Made by a program: the position numbers and the translations under genes. Shown piece after piece: positions 9,335-17,982 of a DNA stretch of 64,000 nt. How positions within the stretch are numbered: the first letter of the stretch is position 1; the number at the start of each line of letters is the position of its first letter. The notes below the pieces were generated by a model. It was given only the letters and a program-made list of their open reading frames with translations. It had not been told where the DNA came from and ran no database searches. Origin of the DNA: a bacterium (lineage in GTDB: Bacteria > UBA8248). The stretch lies in assembly GCA_965261085.1 (NCBI GenBank), contig OZ253442.1, positions 1,280,001 through 1,344,000 of the forward strand. The letters run 5' to 3'.

Positions 9335-10741
9335 TTAGTCTTCCTCCCACATGATGGCATCCTGTATGCGGTTCATGTCATCAATCGTGGTATCGAAACT
9401 TCGCGCCTCGATACCTAACTCCGGGTCTATTTTCGCTTCCACCAAGGTTTGGCATCTGGTCCTGCGTTGGTTGCCGTCGAGTTTAACGAGCGCTTCTTCC
9501 GCGATATAAACTTTGATTTTTTCGGAGCCTAGAAGTTCGGAACTGTCATACCCTTCTCGCTTGGCGATTTTTTTCAAGTGGGGTTTATTCTGGCTTAGCA
9601 TGATCAGGGTGTTGAGTTCCTTGACGATGTAATCGCTATGCGTGGTGATGAAGACCTTGATACCGAGATTCACCAGCCGCGCAAAAAGCCGCGCGATGCG
9701 GCGTTGGTTTTCGGGATGCAGGTTCAATTCCGGCTCATCCACAATTAACAAGTCGCCGCGTTTGGCGACATGTCGCAAATAGAAACCGATATCGAGCATG
9801 GAGCGCACCCCGCTGGAGCTCTCGTCCATGTTCAGCCTGATGCGCTTGCCCCTGGGTATGAAATACAGTTCGTCGTTGCGCATCACCCTATATGTCCCAC
9901 CAATGATGTCGGCGAACCGCTTCAACACTTCGGGATGCTTGGCGGCGAGAAAACTTTTTTGTTTGGCAACGTCCTCAAGCTGACGTGTGAAATCAACATT
10001 TTTTTCAACAGGCAATGGGTAGTCCTGGTAAGACTTGTACAGTAGTTCACGAGGGTCAATCTTATCATCCGCCTGGCTCATTTCTTTCAACAAACGATTG
10101 CGGGCGAAGTTCAGTTCCTTTCGGAAAATTGCGGCGCCCGTCCGTTCAGCGCTGGCGATGAAAGGAGTGGGAAAAAACGGGCCGAAAATGATTTCATTGA
10201 TAGCCCCGGCAACCCTTCGCTTAAACAAACTAGGCGGCCTGTACACGGCTTGCATGTCCATTAGCAATGAGACTTCCAGTTCCTCACTTCCTTTGCTCTT
10301 AGAAAGGAAGATGATTTCACGATTCAAAGCGCGTATGTTGCGCTCAAAAGACATTGGTTTTATTGAACGGAACAAAGCCTTCTCTTCCAGCGATACCTGA
10401 AACCGACTACCCTGAAATTTCTCTCGTGATGCTGCAAAAACATTATGTAAATCCAAATAGTAACCACGACAGATCCGATTAAGGATTTTTTGCGCGTTTT
10501 GGGCGTATTCCGGGAGGTTGATCCGCGTGACACCATTTTCCCTTAACTCATCGAATGCCTTGTCGGGTAAATAACGGTAGTCATCGGTACGAAAACGCTT
10601 CCGCAACAAATCCAAGAAACCATACAGAGCATAAGTCGCGTAGGTTTTACCGGTATTGTTTTCACCACAGATGATGGTGAAATCGCCCAGGCTGAACTCC
10701 GCCTGTTTTAGAACACCGAGATTTTTGACTATTATTTTCAT
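9335..10741 (-). CDS. ABC-type ATPase (AAA_15/AAA_21, AbiEii/OLD-like)
   Basis: Walker A GENNTGKT, signature SSSGVRS, Walker B LIVDEPELNLHP, H-loop ITTHSD. Confidence 0.9.
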   Translation of the reverse strand: MKIIVKNLGVLKQAEFSLGDFTIICGENNTGKTYATYALYGFLDLLRKRFRTDDYRYLPDKAFDELRENGVTRINLPEYAQNAQKILNRICRGYYLDLHNVFAASREKFQGSRFQVSLEEKALFRSIKPMSFERNIRALNREIIFLSKSKGSEELEVSLLMDMQAVYRPPSLFKRRVAGAINEIIFGPFFPTPFIASAERTGAAIFRKELNFARNRLLKEMSQADDKIDPRELLYKSYQDYPLPVEKNVDFTRQLEDVAKQKSFLAAKHPEVLKRFADIIGGTYRVMRNDELYFIPRGKRIRLNMDESSSGVRSMLDIGFYLRHVAKRGDLLIVDEPELNLHPENQRRIARLFARLVNLGIKVFITTHSDYIVKELNTLIMLSQNKPHLKKIAKREGYDSSELLGSEKIKVYIAEEALVKLDGNQRRTRCQTLVEAKIDPELGIEARSFDTTIDDMNRIQDAIMWEED

Positions 10742-10997
10742 AACCTCACCTCCACGACGCTCACCGTATCGTTGTTGAAGGTGTCTCCAAGTTTCTTCGC
10801 ACGAAGCTCGTCAACCTCACGTTTGCTCCATTTAATTGCATGAACTACTCCGCCGCACTATAGGTGCGTATGCGTCCGAAAGGCAAGATTGCCTTGTGAT
10901 GTCTAAACCATGTGCGGCGTGCGCAGGTGAGTGAAAAGTCGGCGCATAATCAAAGTGAACGAGTCATAGCCGAGCGATGCCCCCCGCGATGCGCGAC

Positions 10998-11543
10998 TCA
11001 GGAAGGTGCGGTTTCGTCGCCCTCGCCCAAGGCGCGCTGCATGATCACGCAGTCGAGCCATCGGCCGTGCTTGAACCCGATGGACTCAAGAGCGCCGACG
11101 AGTCGGAAACCGGCGCGCTCGTGCAGCTTGATCGAGGCCGCATTCGCGCTGTCGCCGATGACCGCGACCATCTGGCGCAAGCCCTTTTCGGCGCATGAAT
11201 CGATCAACGAGTCGAGAAGCGCGCCGCCGAGGCCCCGGCGCACGGCGCCCTGCTCGACGTAGACAGAATTTTCGACGGCGTGGCGGAATGCCGGCCGGTG
11301 GTGATAGGGCGCGGCATAGGCGTAGCCGCAGACGGCGCCTTCGATCTCCGCCACGAGATAGGGGAGGCCTTTGGCTCTGACGGCGCGGAAGCGGCGGCGA
11401 ATTTCATGGACATCTGGCGGCTTCTCCTCGAACGAGGCCAGCCCATGCAGCACGTGGTGGGCGTATTTCTTCTGGATTACGGGCAAATCTTCTTCGCGGG
11501 CGTCTCGAACGAGCGGCCCCGCTTTCGAAGCGGCCTTATTCAA
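10998..11543 (-). CDS. GNAT N-acetyltransferase (phosphinothricin/methionine-sulfoximine type)
   Basis: ASFEE.PP, GYAYA, ENSVYV, RGLGG.LL, NAASI.LH, GFKHGRWLD. Confidence 0.9.
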   Translation of the reverse strand: MNKAASKAGPLVRDAREEDLPVIQKKYAHHVLHGLASFEEKPPDVHEIRRRFRAVRAKGLPYLVAEIEGAVCGYAYAAPYHHRPAFRHAVENSVYVEQGAVRRGLGGALLDSLIDSCAEKGLRQMVAVIGDSANAASIKLHERAGFRLVGALESIGFKHGRWLDCVIMQRALGEGDETAPS

Positions 11544-11754
11544 TGGTCCTGACTCCCGGCTTTCGTGGATTCGTGGATTCGGCGCACCGGGTGCGCCAGT
11601 GAAACGAGTTGTCGAACTATATACACGGAATCATTTCCATTGGCGATGAAAACCATGCTGGATGAGTCGCGCATGCCGCGATGCTCCCATCACATCACCT
11701 GACATCTAAACAAAATTCTTTTCTTCCCGGTCGAGGCCGGCGTGTGCACAATCC

Positions 11755-11824
11755 CTCCTTCAGCAGTCGGCAAATCCTCCTTCAGCAGTCGAATTTGACC
11801 TTCCTTCAGCAGTCGGATTTGACC
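11755..11824. repeat. Three tandem 22-24 bp repeats (core ccttcagcagtcg)
   Basis: ctccttcagcagtcgg / ctccttcagcagtcgaatttgacc / ttccttcagcagtcggatttgacc, in intergenic DNA. Confidence 0.8.
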
Positions 11825-11938
11825 ACATCGGTCAAGACTGACACAGGCATTTACCCGCATTTGCCGTCATCGGACTCAAGACGCGCGCGTGTATGATTGC
11901 GAAGCGCATCGCCGCGTTCGAGAATAAGGAATTTCTGA

Positions 11939-11973
11939 AAATATCGATAAATTCACGGGGTTTTTCGATAAAT
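11939..11973. repeat. 35-bp inverted repeat, left copy (partner at 24729-24763)
   Basis: aaatatcgataaattcacggggtttttcgataaat is the exact reverse complement of 24729-24763. Confidence 0.85.
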
Positions 11974-12186
11974 AAATGAATACTTTTGGGAGGGTCGAAA
12001 AGACGCCGCCGCATCGCAGCGCAGGGGAATTCTGACATGGTCCGCGACTCCCGCGATGACGGATGATGCGCGGATTTGCGGGGAGTTGCGGGGGTGAAAT
12101 TCCCCCGGGCGCGCTTTGCATGGACGCGCGCGTTTTGCCAGAATGCGCGCGGTTGGTTTCGTGTGGTTTTCCTGGGAGAGGCGAGT

Positions 12187-12882
12187 ATGGCGCGGCGCAT
12201 GATTCTGGTGTTGACCCTGGGCGTTCTCATCGGACTGGCGGGTGCGCCCGCCTGGCGCTGGCTCGAAAGAAGCCTTTTCGAGAGCCTGCCCGTCTACTCG
12301 CAACTACCTGATTTTGAATTGGTTGACGCATCGGGCCGCAAGTTCACGAGAGAGCGCCTCAGCGGGAAAGTCTGGGTGGCGGACTTCATATACACGCGCT
12401 GTGAGGATACCTGTCCGCTTCAAACCGCCGAGATGAGGCGGCTTCAGCAGGTGTTCGGTACGCATGAAGACTTCCGGCAGATATCCATCACCACGGACCC
12501 TGCGCATGATAAGGAGGCGCTGTTGTCGGACTATGCGCGGAAATTCGGCGCAGATACGAAACGGTGGTTTTTCCTCACGGGTAAGGAAAAAGAAATCAAA
12601 GACTTGGCGCTCAAGGGCTTTCGCCTGAGCTATGCGACCAAACGAGCCATGCGCTCTCCGAATGGCATCGGTGATTGGGCTTTACGGCTTCTTCCGCCCA
12701 GTGCGCACGCCCATCATCCCGGGCATCAAGAAGAGGGAAAGACGCCGGGAATCCTGATCTCCCACAGTTCGCGCTTCGTGCTCATCGACAGGAATTTCAC
12801 CATCCGGGGCTATTACCACAGCGACGACGCCGATTCCCTCAAAAAGTTGAGGCGGGAATTGAGGATGTTGCTAGATAATTGA
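12187..12882 (+). CDS. SCO1/SenC copper chaperone
   Basis: N-terminal TM, FIYTRCEDTCP (CxxxC), DPAHD, ISHSSRFVLID. His-rich insert AHAHHPGH. Confidence 0.92.
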   Translation: MARRMILVLTLGVLIGLAGAPAWRWLERSLFESLPVYSQLPDFELVDASGRKFTRERLSGKVWVADFIYTRCEDTCPLQTAEMRRLQQVFGTHEDFRQISITTDPAHDKEALLSDYARKFGADTKRWFFLTGKEKEIKDLALKGFRLSYATKRAMRSPNGIGDWALRLLPPSAHAHHPGHQEEGKTPGILISHSSRFVLIDRNFTIRGYYHSDDADSLKKLRRELRMLLDN

Positions 12883-12889
12883 ATTTATT

Positions 12890-13753
12890 CTATTTACGTT
12901 GTTTTCCATCTGCAATCATCTCGGCATAGCCCTCCCGGTAAGACGGGTAGAGAAAGCGATAGCCGGCGGCCTTGAGCCTGGCGTTCGAGCATCTCTTGTT
13001 TGTCGCCGCGCGCGTGGAGACGGCTTTACCGGCACTGGTTTCGCGCGGATGCGGGACGCCCAGCCGATCCGCCAGCCAGTTCAGCACCTCGCGCCGGTCG
13101 GCAGGCGCATCGTCGACGCCGATGTATATCTCATCCGGTGCGTCCATCTGCATGAGGTGGAAGAGGGCGCCCGCGCAATCGTCGCGGTGAATGCGGTTCG
13201 TGAAGCGATGGGGTCCCGTATGGCTCTCGGCCCGGCCCGCCCGGACGGAGTCTATCAGGCGGGTGCGGCCGGGGCCGTATATGCCCGCGAGACGCAAGAT
13301 GGTGGCGGAATGGTTGCTCTCCAGTAAAGTACGCTCGCCTTCCAGCAGGATGCGGCCCGAATAATGGGTTGGCTGCGTAGGTGATTCCTCATCCACCCAG
13401 CAGCCATCGGTTTGCGCATAGACGGCCGTGCTCGAGGTGAAGAAAATTCGCTTGGGTCTTTCTCCTTTTTTATCAATCGCTTCGATGAGATTTCGGGGTC
13501 CATCGGCATACGCCGCCCGGTAGCCGGCCTCGCCGCCGCCACCCGAGGAGAGGGTGTAGAAGATGAAATCGAGGCCCTTGGGGAGGAAATCGCTCAGGTC
13601 TTTATCGTGGACGTCGGCCCCGAGCGGTTTGATGGATTCGGGCAGATTTTCGGGATTTCTACGCATTCCCCAGACGAGATGGCCTTCACCTGCGAGCGCC
13701 GCCCCGAGTGCTGAGCCGACGTAGCCGCATCCTATGATGAGAACGTTCGCCAT
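12890..13753 (-). CDS. Atypical SDR / NAD-dependent epimerase (YeeZ-like)
   Basis: IIGCGYVG, FTSSTAVY, LRLAGIYGPGR, TNRIHRDD. Confidence 0.9.
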   Translation of the reverse strand: MANVLIIGCGYVGSALGAALAGEGHLVWGMRRNPENLPESIKPLGADVHDKDLSDFLPKGLDFIFYTLSSGGGGEAGYRAAYADGPRNLIEAIDKKGERPKRIFFTSSTAVYAQTDGCWVDEESPTQPTHYSGRILLEGERTLLESNHSATILRLAGIYGPGRTRLIDSVRAGRAESHTGPHRFTNRIHRDDCAGALFHLMQMDAPDEIYIGVDDAPADRREVLNWLADRLGVPHPRETSAGKAVSTRAATNKRCSNARLKAAGYRFLYPSYREGYAEMIADGKQRK

Positions 13754-13782
13754 GAAGAGCCTGTGATTGAGAAATGTTTATC

Positions 13783-14631
13783 TTATGGCGTTTCGAGCGA
13801 GGGCACCTTGCCGCGAAATATGCTTTTCAGGTGATGCGGCATAACACGCAGACCGGCGTAGAAGGGCCCGAACTCGCCATACCAGACGCTGGCCTCATCG
13901 AAGCGCATTTCATATACGAGGCGCTTGAATACGAGCGGGTCTTGCGAGAACAGGTATACCCCCCACTCCCAGTCGTCAAAGCCTATGCTGCCCGTGATGA
14001 TTTGCTGAACGCGGCCGGCGTATCTTCTGCCGACGAAACCGTGTTCGCGCATCATTTGCTGGCGCTCCTCTATGGGCAGGCCGTACCAGTTCTTCTCCTC
14101 GCCCCTGCGCTTGTTCATTGGGTAAAAACACAAATATCTCGTTTGGGGGATATCCATGTAGAGGCGCTCTTTCATGCGTTCGCGCTGGTTGTCCATTTCT
14201 TCGGACCATTTCGATTTCCAGTCATCGCTTCCCGGCTCAAGACCCTCATCCACGAACTGGGCGTGGAGTTTCACGGTCATTTCGTAGAGGCCGAGTTCCA
14301 GGAACGAGAGGTAGGATGTCGTTTCATCCATATATTCCGCCAGCGCTAGCCGCCGTAGACCGAGTTCGACTTCATTGAGCGCATCGAGCGTGGGTCTGAA
14401 ATGAAGAAACAGTAAATCTCCTTTGTGGCCCAACAGGCTGAAAAGGGCGCTTTCTCCGGATTCGGGCCGGGCGATGGAGGCGAAGAATTCCGTCGCTTCA
14501 TCCAGTATGCTGTGTTGCCGGGCGCTCTCCAAGCGGTTCCAGGTGGGCCAATTCACCTTGAAAATGTGGTGCAGAATCGCCCATCCATCGAGCGTTTCTG
14601 GCATTTTGGCGTCTTTGAGGTTCGGATTCAA
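13783..14631 (-). CDS. hemQ: Coproheme decarboxylase / chlorite-dismutase family (HemQ/ChdC)
   Basis: PETLDGW, GHKGDL, CFYPMNKRR..NWY.L..ER..MM.EHG..GR, GSIGFDDWEWGV, YEMRFDEAS..YGEFGPF. Start may be ATG 14604. Confidence 0.88.
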   Translation of the reverse strand: MNPNLKDAKMPETLDGWAILHHIFKVNWPTWNRLESARQHSILDEATEFFASIARPESGESALFSLLGHKGDLLFLHFRPTLDALNEVELGLRRLALAEYMDETTSYLSFLELGLYEMTVKLHAQFVDEGLEPGSDDWKSKWSEEMDNQRERMKERLYMDIPQTRYLCFYPMNKRRGEEKNWYGLPIEERQQMMREHGFVGRRYAGRVQQIITGSIGFDDWEWGVYLFSQDPLVFKRLVYEMRFDEASVWYGEFGPFYAGLRVMPHHLKSIFRGKVPSLETP

Positions 14632-14737
14632 TTTCTACTCCCGGAAAATCGAGCGTATCGGCGATGCGTCGTCTTGGGAAAAGAGATACCCCAGAGTCGG
14701 CCATGTTGCAAACATCACGGCTTTAGAGCCCTTCCGG

Positions 14738-15619
14738 CTACCGGGTAGATGGTGAAGCGGGCAACTGGATGGGTTTGCCGGTGGAGTCCGCTTCCTGGAA
14801 GATTTGGTGGCATTTTGAGCAAAGTGTTCTTGCGGCGGCGAGGTTCTCGGCGAGCCGGTCGAAGTCCGGCTTTTTGGTGTTTTTCTCCATGATTTCGGCG
14901 AGGTCGAGTAGTTTCCGGGTCAAGCCATCATATAACTCCTGTGCTTCTCCCTCCCTGAGATTCGATATCCAGGGAACGAGGTACCGGAACTTTTCGGCTA
15001 ATTGCCCGATTTGGTGTTCTTTTCGCCGTGGGATGGACTTGCCGTCAAGACCCAAGGTGAGCGTTTCACGACCGAGGTTCGCCAGGGTTTTTTCTAGGTC
15101 CCTCATCACGTCCTTGACCGATTCGGGGTCGAAATCGAAAGAAAATTGCGCTCGTATGAGATGAGGCGCCAGACCGGATATGACAGCCGTGATGGTATAT
15201 GGACCTATTTCGCCTAGCTTGACGTTTGCGCCATAGATTATTTGTTTGCCTTTCTGGAATCTTTTGAGCGTGAAGGTCTTTTCCCATTCGTTTTGGGCGA
15301 ATTTCAATTTCACATCAATTTTTCTCGTTGAGTAATTACTGTCTTTGGCGTTGCTAATCCGCATCTCAAAACGATGGGTGAATCGAGATAAGAGCTTATG
15401 GGTGTGTCCAAGATATTTCGGAGCGTTTCTGTGTTTTATCAACCTTGGGGGCATGATGTTCAGTTCTATCTCAGTAGATCCTATATTCTTCTTGCCGACT
15501 TCTTGGAGGATATAGGCTATGGAACTGGTGTGGTGCGCAGGGCTGTTACGAGGGAAGAAAGCAATGCAGAATAGAAACAAGAGGAAGAGACTGATTGCCA
15601 AGTAGTGGAAATTTCTCAT
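14738..15619 (-). CDS. Secreted protein: P19/Tp34-like metal-binding domain fused to C-terminal CxxCH cytochrome c'-like domain
   Basis: Signal peptide; HRFEMRIS and YGANVKLGEIGPY resemble P19/Tp34; helical C-terminus ending CSKCHQIF. Confidence 0.6.
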   Translation of the reverse strand: MRNFHYLAISLFLLFLFCIAFFPRNSPAHHTSSIAYILQEVGKKNIGSTEIELNIMPPRLIKHRNAPKYLGHTHKLLSRFTHRFEMRISNAKDSNYSTRKIDVKLKFAQNEWEKTFTLKRFQKGKQIIYGANVKLGEIGPYTITAVISGLAPHLIRAQFSFDFDPESVKDVMRDLEKTLANLGRETLTLGLDGKSIPRRKEHQIGQLAEKFRYLVPWISNLREGEAQELYDGLTRKLLDLAEIMEKNTKKPDFDRLAENLAAARTLCSKCHQIFQEADSTGKPIQLPASPSTR

Positions 15620-15951
15620 AGCCCTTATCTCACTGAAAATATTCTTAAAATCTGCACTGATCGGCCTCTTTTCGCGGCGGAATTCATGCGCTCTTTCATA
15701 ACAGCATTCGGCCCAATGAGGCAATGAATCAAGGTGAATTTCAAGGCCAACTACGAAGAGGGTTGACTTAGAGTGAAAGGTGCATTACTTGAATGGAGAA
15801 GGTGTGAGTTCCTGGCGGTTCCGATTTGATTAGAAGTCAATTTTATAGGTCCTGTGCCTGAAATCACCGATATTTCGTGTGCGAATGACTGCGTTGCACA
15901 TTTTTGAAAACAGTAGCTGCCAATCTGAAAAATTCTTTGAGAGGAGTAGGT

Positions 15952-16692
15952 ATGATTCCCAAACGCTTTCAATTGTGCTTGATGTTTGCGATGTGCCTGA
16001 GCATCGCCTTTGCTGGCTCCGCGGATGCTTATAAGGAAGGAAAAGTAAGCGGTGGGGGGTCGATTAGCGGAGCAATCAAGTTCGAAGGCACCGCCCCGAA
16101 ACCCAAAACGTTTTCCGTGAACAAAGACAAGAAAGTTTGCGGCAAAAAACCGATTACCGATGATAGTCTGGTTGTGAAAGACGGCGGCGTGGTATGGGCC
16201 GTCGTGTCTTTGAAAGGCGTGAAATCCGGCAAGAAGTGGTCGAAGAGCCAGAAAAAAGCGGTCGTTGACCAAAAAGGATGTGTGTACCTGCCTCGAGTCG
16301 CCGTGATGAAGCAAAAAACGAAACTTTTGATGAAAAACAGCGATAAAGTTCTCCACAATGTCCACACCTACCCTGGTAAAACCGGGAACTCGATAGCCAA
16401 TATCGCGCAGCCGAAATTTAAGAAAAAACTGAGAATGTCGACCCGCTATTTCAAGAAGCCCGGTATTATTTCAGTGAAGTGTGACGTACATGACTGGATG
16501 AGAGGGTATATCGTTGTGGCGGATAATCCCTATGTCGGCGTCACGGGGGCCGGGGGCAAATTCGAGATAAAAGATGTTCCCGCAGGCTCCTATACCCTCG
16601 AGATTTGGCATGAGGTTTTGGGCAAGAAATCCATGAAGGTGTCGGTGAAGGGTGGCGCTGCTACGGCGGTGAACGTAACACTGAAAAAATAA
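15952..16692 (+). CDS. Secreted cupredoxin-like / carboxypeptidase-regulatory-like domain protein
   Basis: Signal peptide, DQKGCVYLPRV, NSDKVLHNVH, KCDVHDWMRGY, VPAGSYTLEIWHE. RBS GAGGAG upstream. Confidence 0.82.
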   Translation: MIPKRFQLCLMFAMCLSIAFAGSADAYKEGKVSGGGSISGAIKFEGTAPKPKTFSVNKDKKVCGKKPITDDSLVVKDGGVVWAVVSLKGVKSGKKWSKSQKKAVVDQKGCVYLPRVAVMKQKTKLLMKNSDKVLHNVHTYPGKTGNSIANIAQPKFKKKLRMSTRYFKKPGIISVKCDVHDWMRGYIVVADNPYVGVTGAGGKFEIKDVPAGSYTLEIWHEVLGKKSMKVSVKGGAATAVNVTLKK

Positions 16693-16708
16693 CCCTGAGC
16701 CAAACAAC

Positions 16709-16746
16709 AAAAAAAGGCGGCGGTGAAATAACCGTCGCCTTTTTTT
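16709..16746. terminator. Bidirectional intrinsic terminator
   Basis: A7-ggcggcggt-loop-accgtcgcc-T7 between convergent genes. Confidence 0.85.
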
Positions 16747-16767
16747 GTGTGGTTTTGGGTTTTTCTT

Positions 16768-17955
16768 TTATCGTTTTCTTCTGCCAGCAGCTATTGTGGC
16801 TATCGCATTTGCAATCGAGTCCATTTCTTCTTCCGTGTTCAAATAATGAATGGAAACTCTCACGGCGGGAGGCTCTGTTACCACTGCCCTAAGGATGATT
16901 TGGTGTCTCCTGTAGAGTCTTTCCACAACATTTTGAGATTCCACGTTCTCAATTCGAAAAGAAATCAGACCAGACTGAGCCTCTCCTTCGGGTGTAATGA
17001 CATCAACGTTCTTGATTGCACGTATTTGGGACAGCAGGCGATTCGCCAGCGCCAGAATTCTTTTTTCGATGGATACGGGCCCTGTTCTCTTAAAGTGTTC
17101 GACCGCAGTACGGAATCCCAAGAAACCGGATGTATGAAGAGTGCCGACTTCGTAACGCATGGCGCTCGGCTCCGGCGTAAAAGATAGGGTTTTTAATCTC
17201 TTTTTTTGAGCTGATCGAAAACTTGCAGATGAAAGATGAATCTTTTTGCCTGCTCCGCGTCTAATATACACGGCCCCCGTACCATCCGGACCCATCAGCC
17301 ATTTTTGGCCTGATATGGTGTAGACGTCTACGCCGGTGTCTTTGACTTTGACTGGTATATGCCCGACGGATTGGGCGCCGTCTACGATGAAGAGCGCGTC
17401 TGCTGAGACGCAGATTTGGCCGATTGCCTCCAAAGGGAATCTCCTCCCATTTAGCCATGAGATGTGACTCACACAAACCACTTTTGTTTTTGGGGTGATA
17501 GCCTTTTCTAAATTTCGGAGAAGTTCCTGATCATTTTTACCGGTTTTGAATAATTTCACTTTGATGGAATTTCTCTTGCGCCATATCAACCAGGGCAGGT
17601 AGCCGCTTGGATGCTCTAAATCCGAGACAAGTACTTCATCCCCTGCATTCCATGCCAATCCGGCCGCCGCAATGTTGATCCCGACCGTTGTATTATTCGT
17701 TAGGGCGATTTCTGAAACTTCTACGCCGATGAGTTTTGCGCAGCTCTCTCTAGTCCGTTTCTGAGCTGCGGTGGTTTCATTCCTGATTTTTGGGTGAAAT
17801 GAGCCGAGTTCTAAATCGCGTTTCGTGAACTTATCCATTTCACGAAGAATCGATTTGGAAGATGGTCCCCCTCCACCCCAATTTACATAAATCTGATTTG
17901 CCAGTGCCGGGACATCGGAACGCAAGCGTTGGATTTTATTATTGTCGAGAGGCAT
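16768..17955 (-). CDS. Class V PLP-dependent enzyme (C-S/C-Se lyase or epimerase-like)
   Basis: NTTVGIN, DLEHPS, VDGAQSVG, SGQKWLMGPDG (PLP Lys), YEVGT, VRVSIHYLN. No obvious SufS/IscS catalytic Cys loop. Confidence 0.85.
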   Translation of the reverse strand: MPLDNNKIQRLRSDVPALANQIYVNWGGGGPSSKSILREMDKFTKRDLELGSFHPKIRNETTAAQKRTRESCAKLIGVEVSEIALTNNTTVGINIAAAGLAWNAGDEVLVSDLEHPSGYLPWLIWRKRNSIKVKLFKTGKNDQELLRNLEKAITPKTKVVCVSHISWLNGRRFPLEAIGQICVSADALFIVDGAQSVGHIPVKVKDTGVDVYTISGQKWLMGPDGTGAVYIRRGAGKKIHLSSASFRSAQKKRLKTLSFTPEPSAMRYEVGTLHTSGFLGFRTAVEHFKRTGPVSIEKRILALANRLLSQIRAIKNVDVITPEGEAQSGLISFRIENVESQNVVERLYRRHQIILRAVVTEPPAVRVSIHYLNTEEEMDSIANAIATIAAGRRKR

Positions 17956-17982
17956 TTTTTATTCCTTATGCATACAGGGATT

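Noticed and set aside
11755-11824. Possible mini-CRISPR array
   Set aside because: Repeats are nearly adjacent with no unique 25-45 bp spacers, and no cas genes are present.
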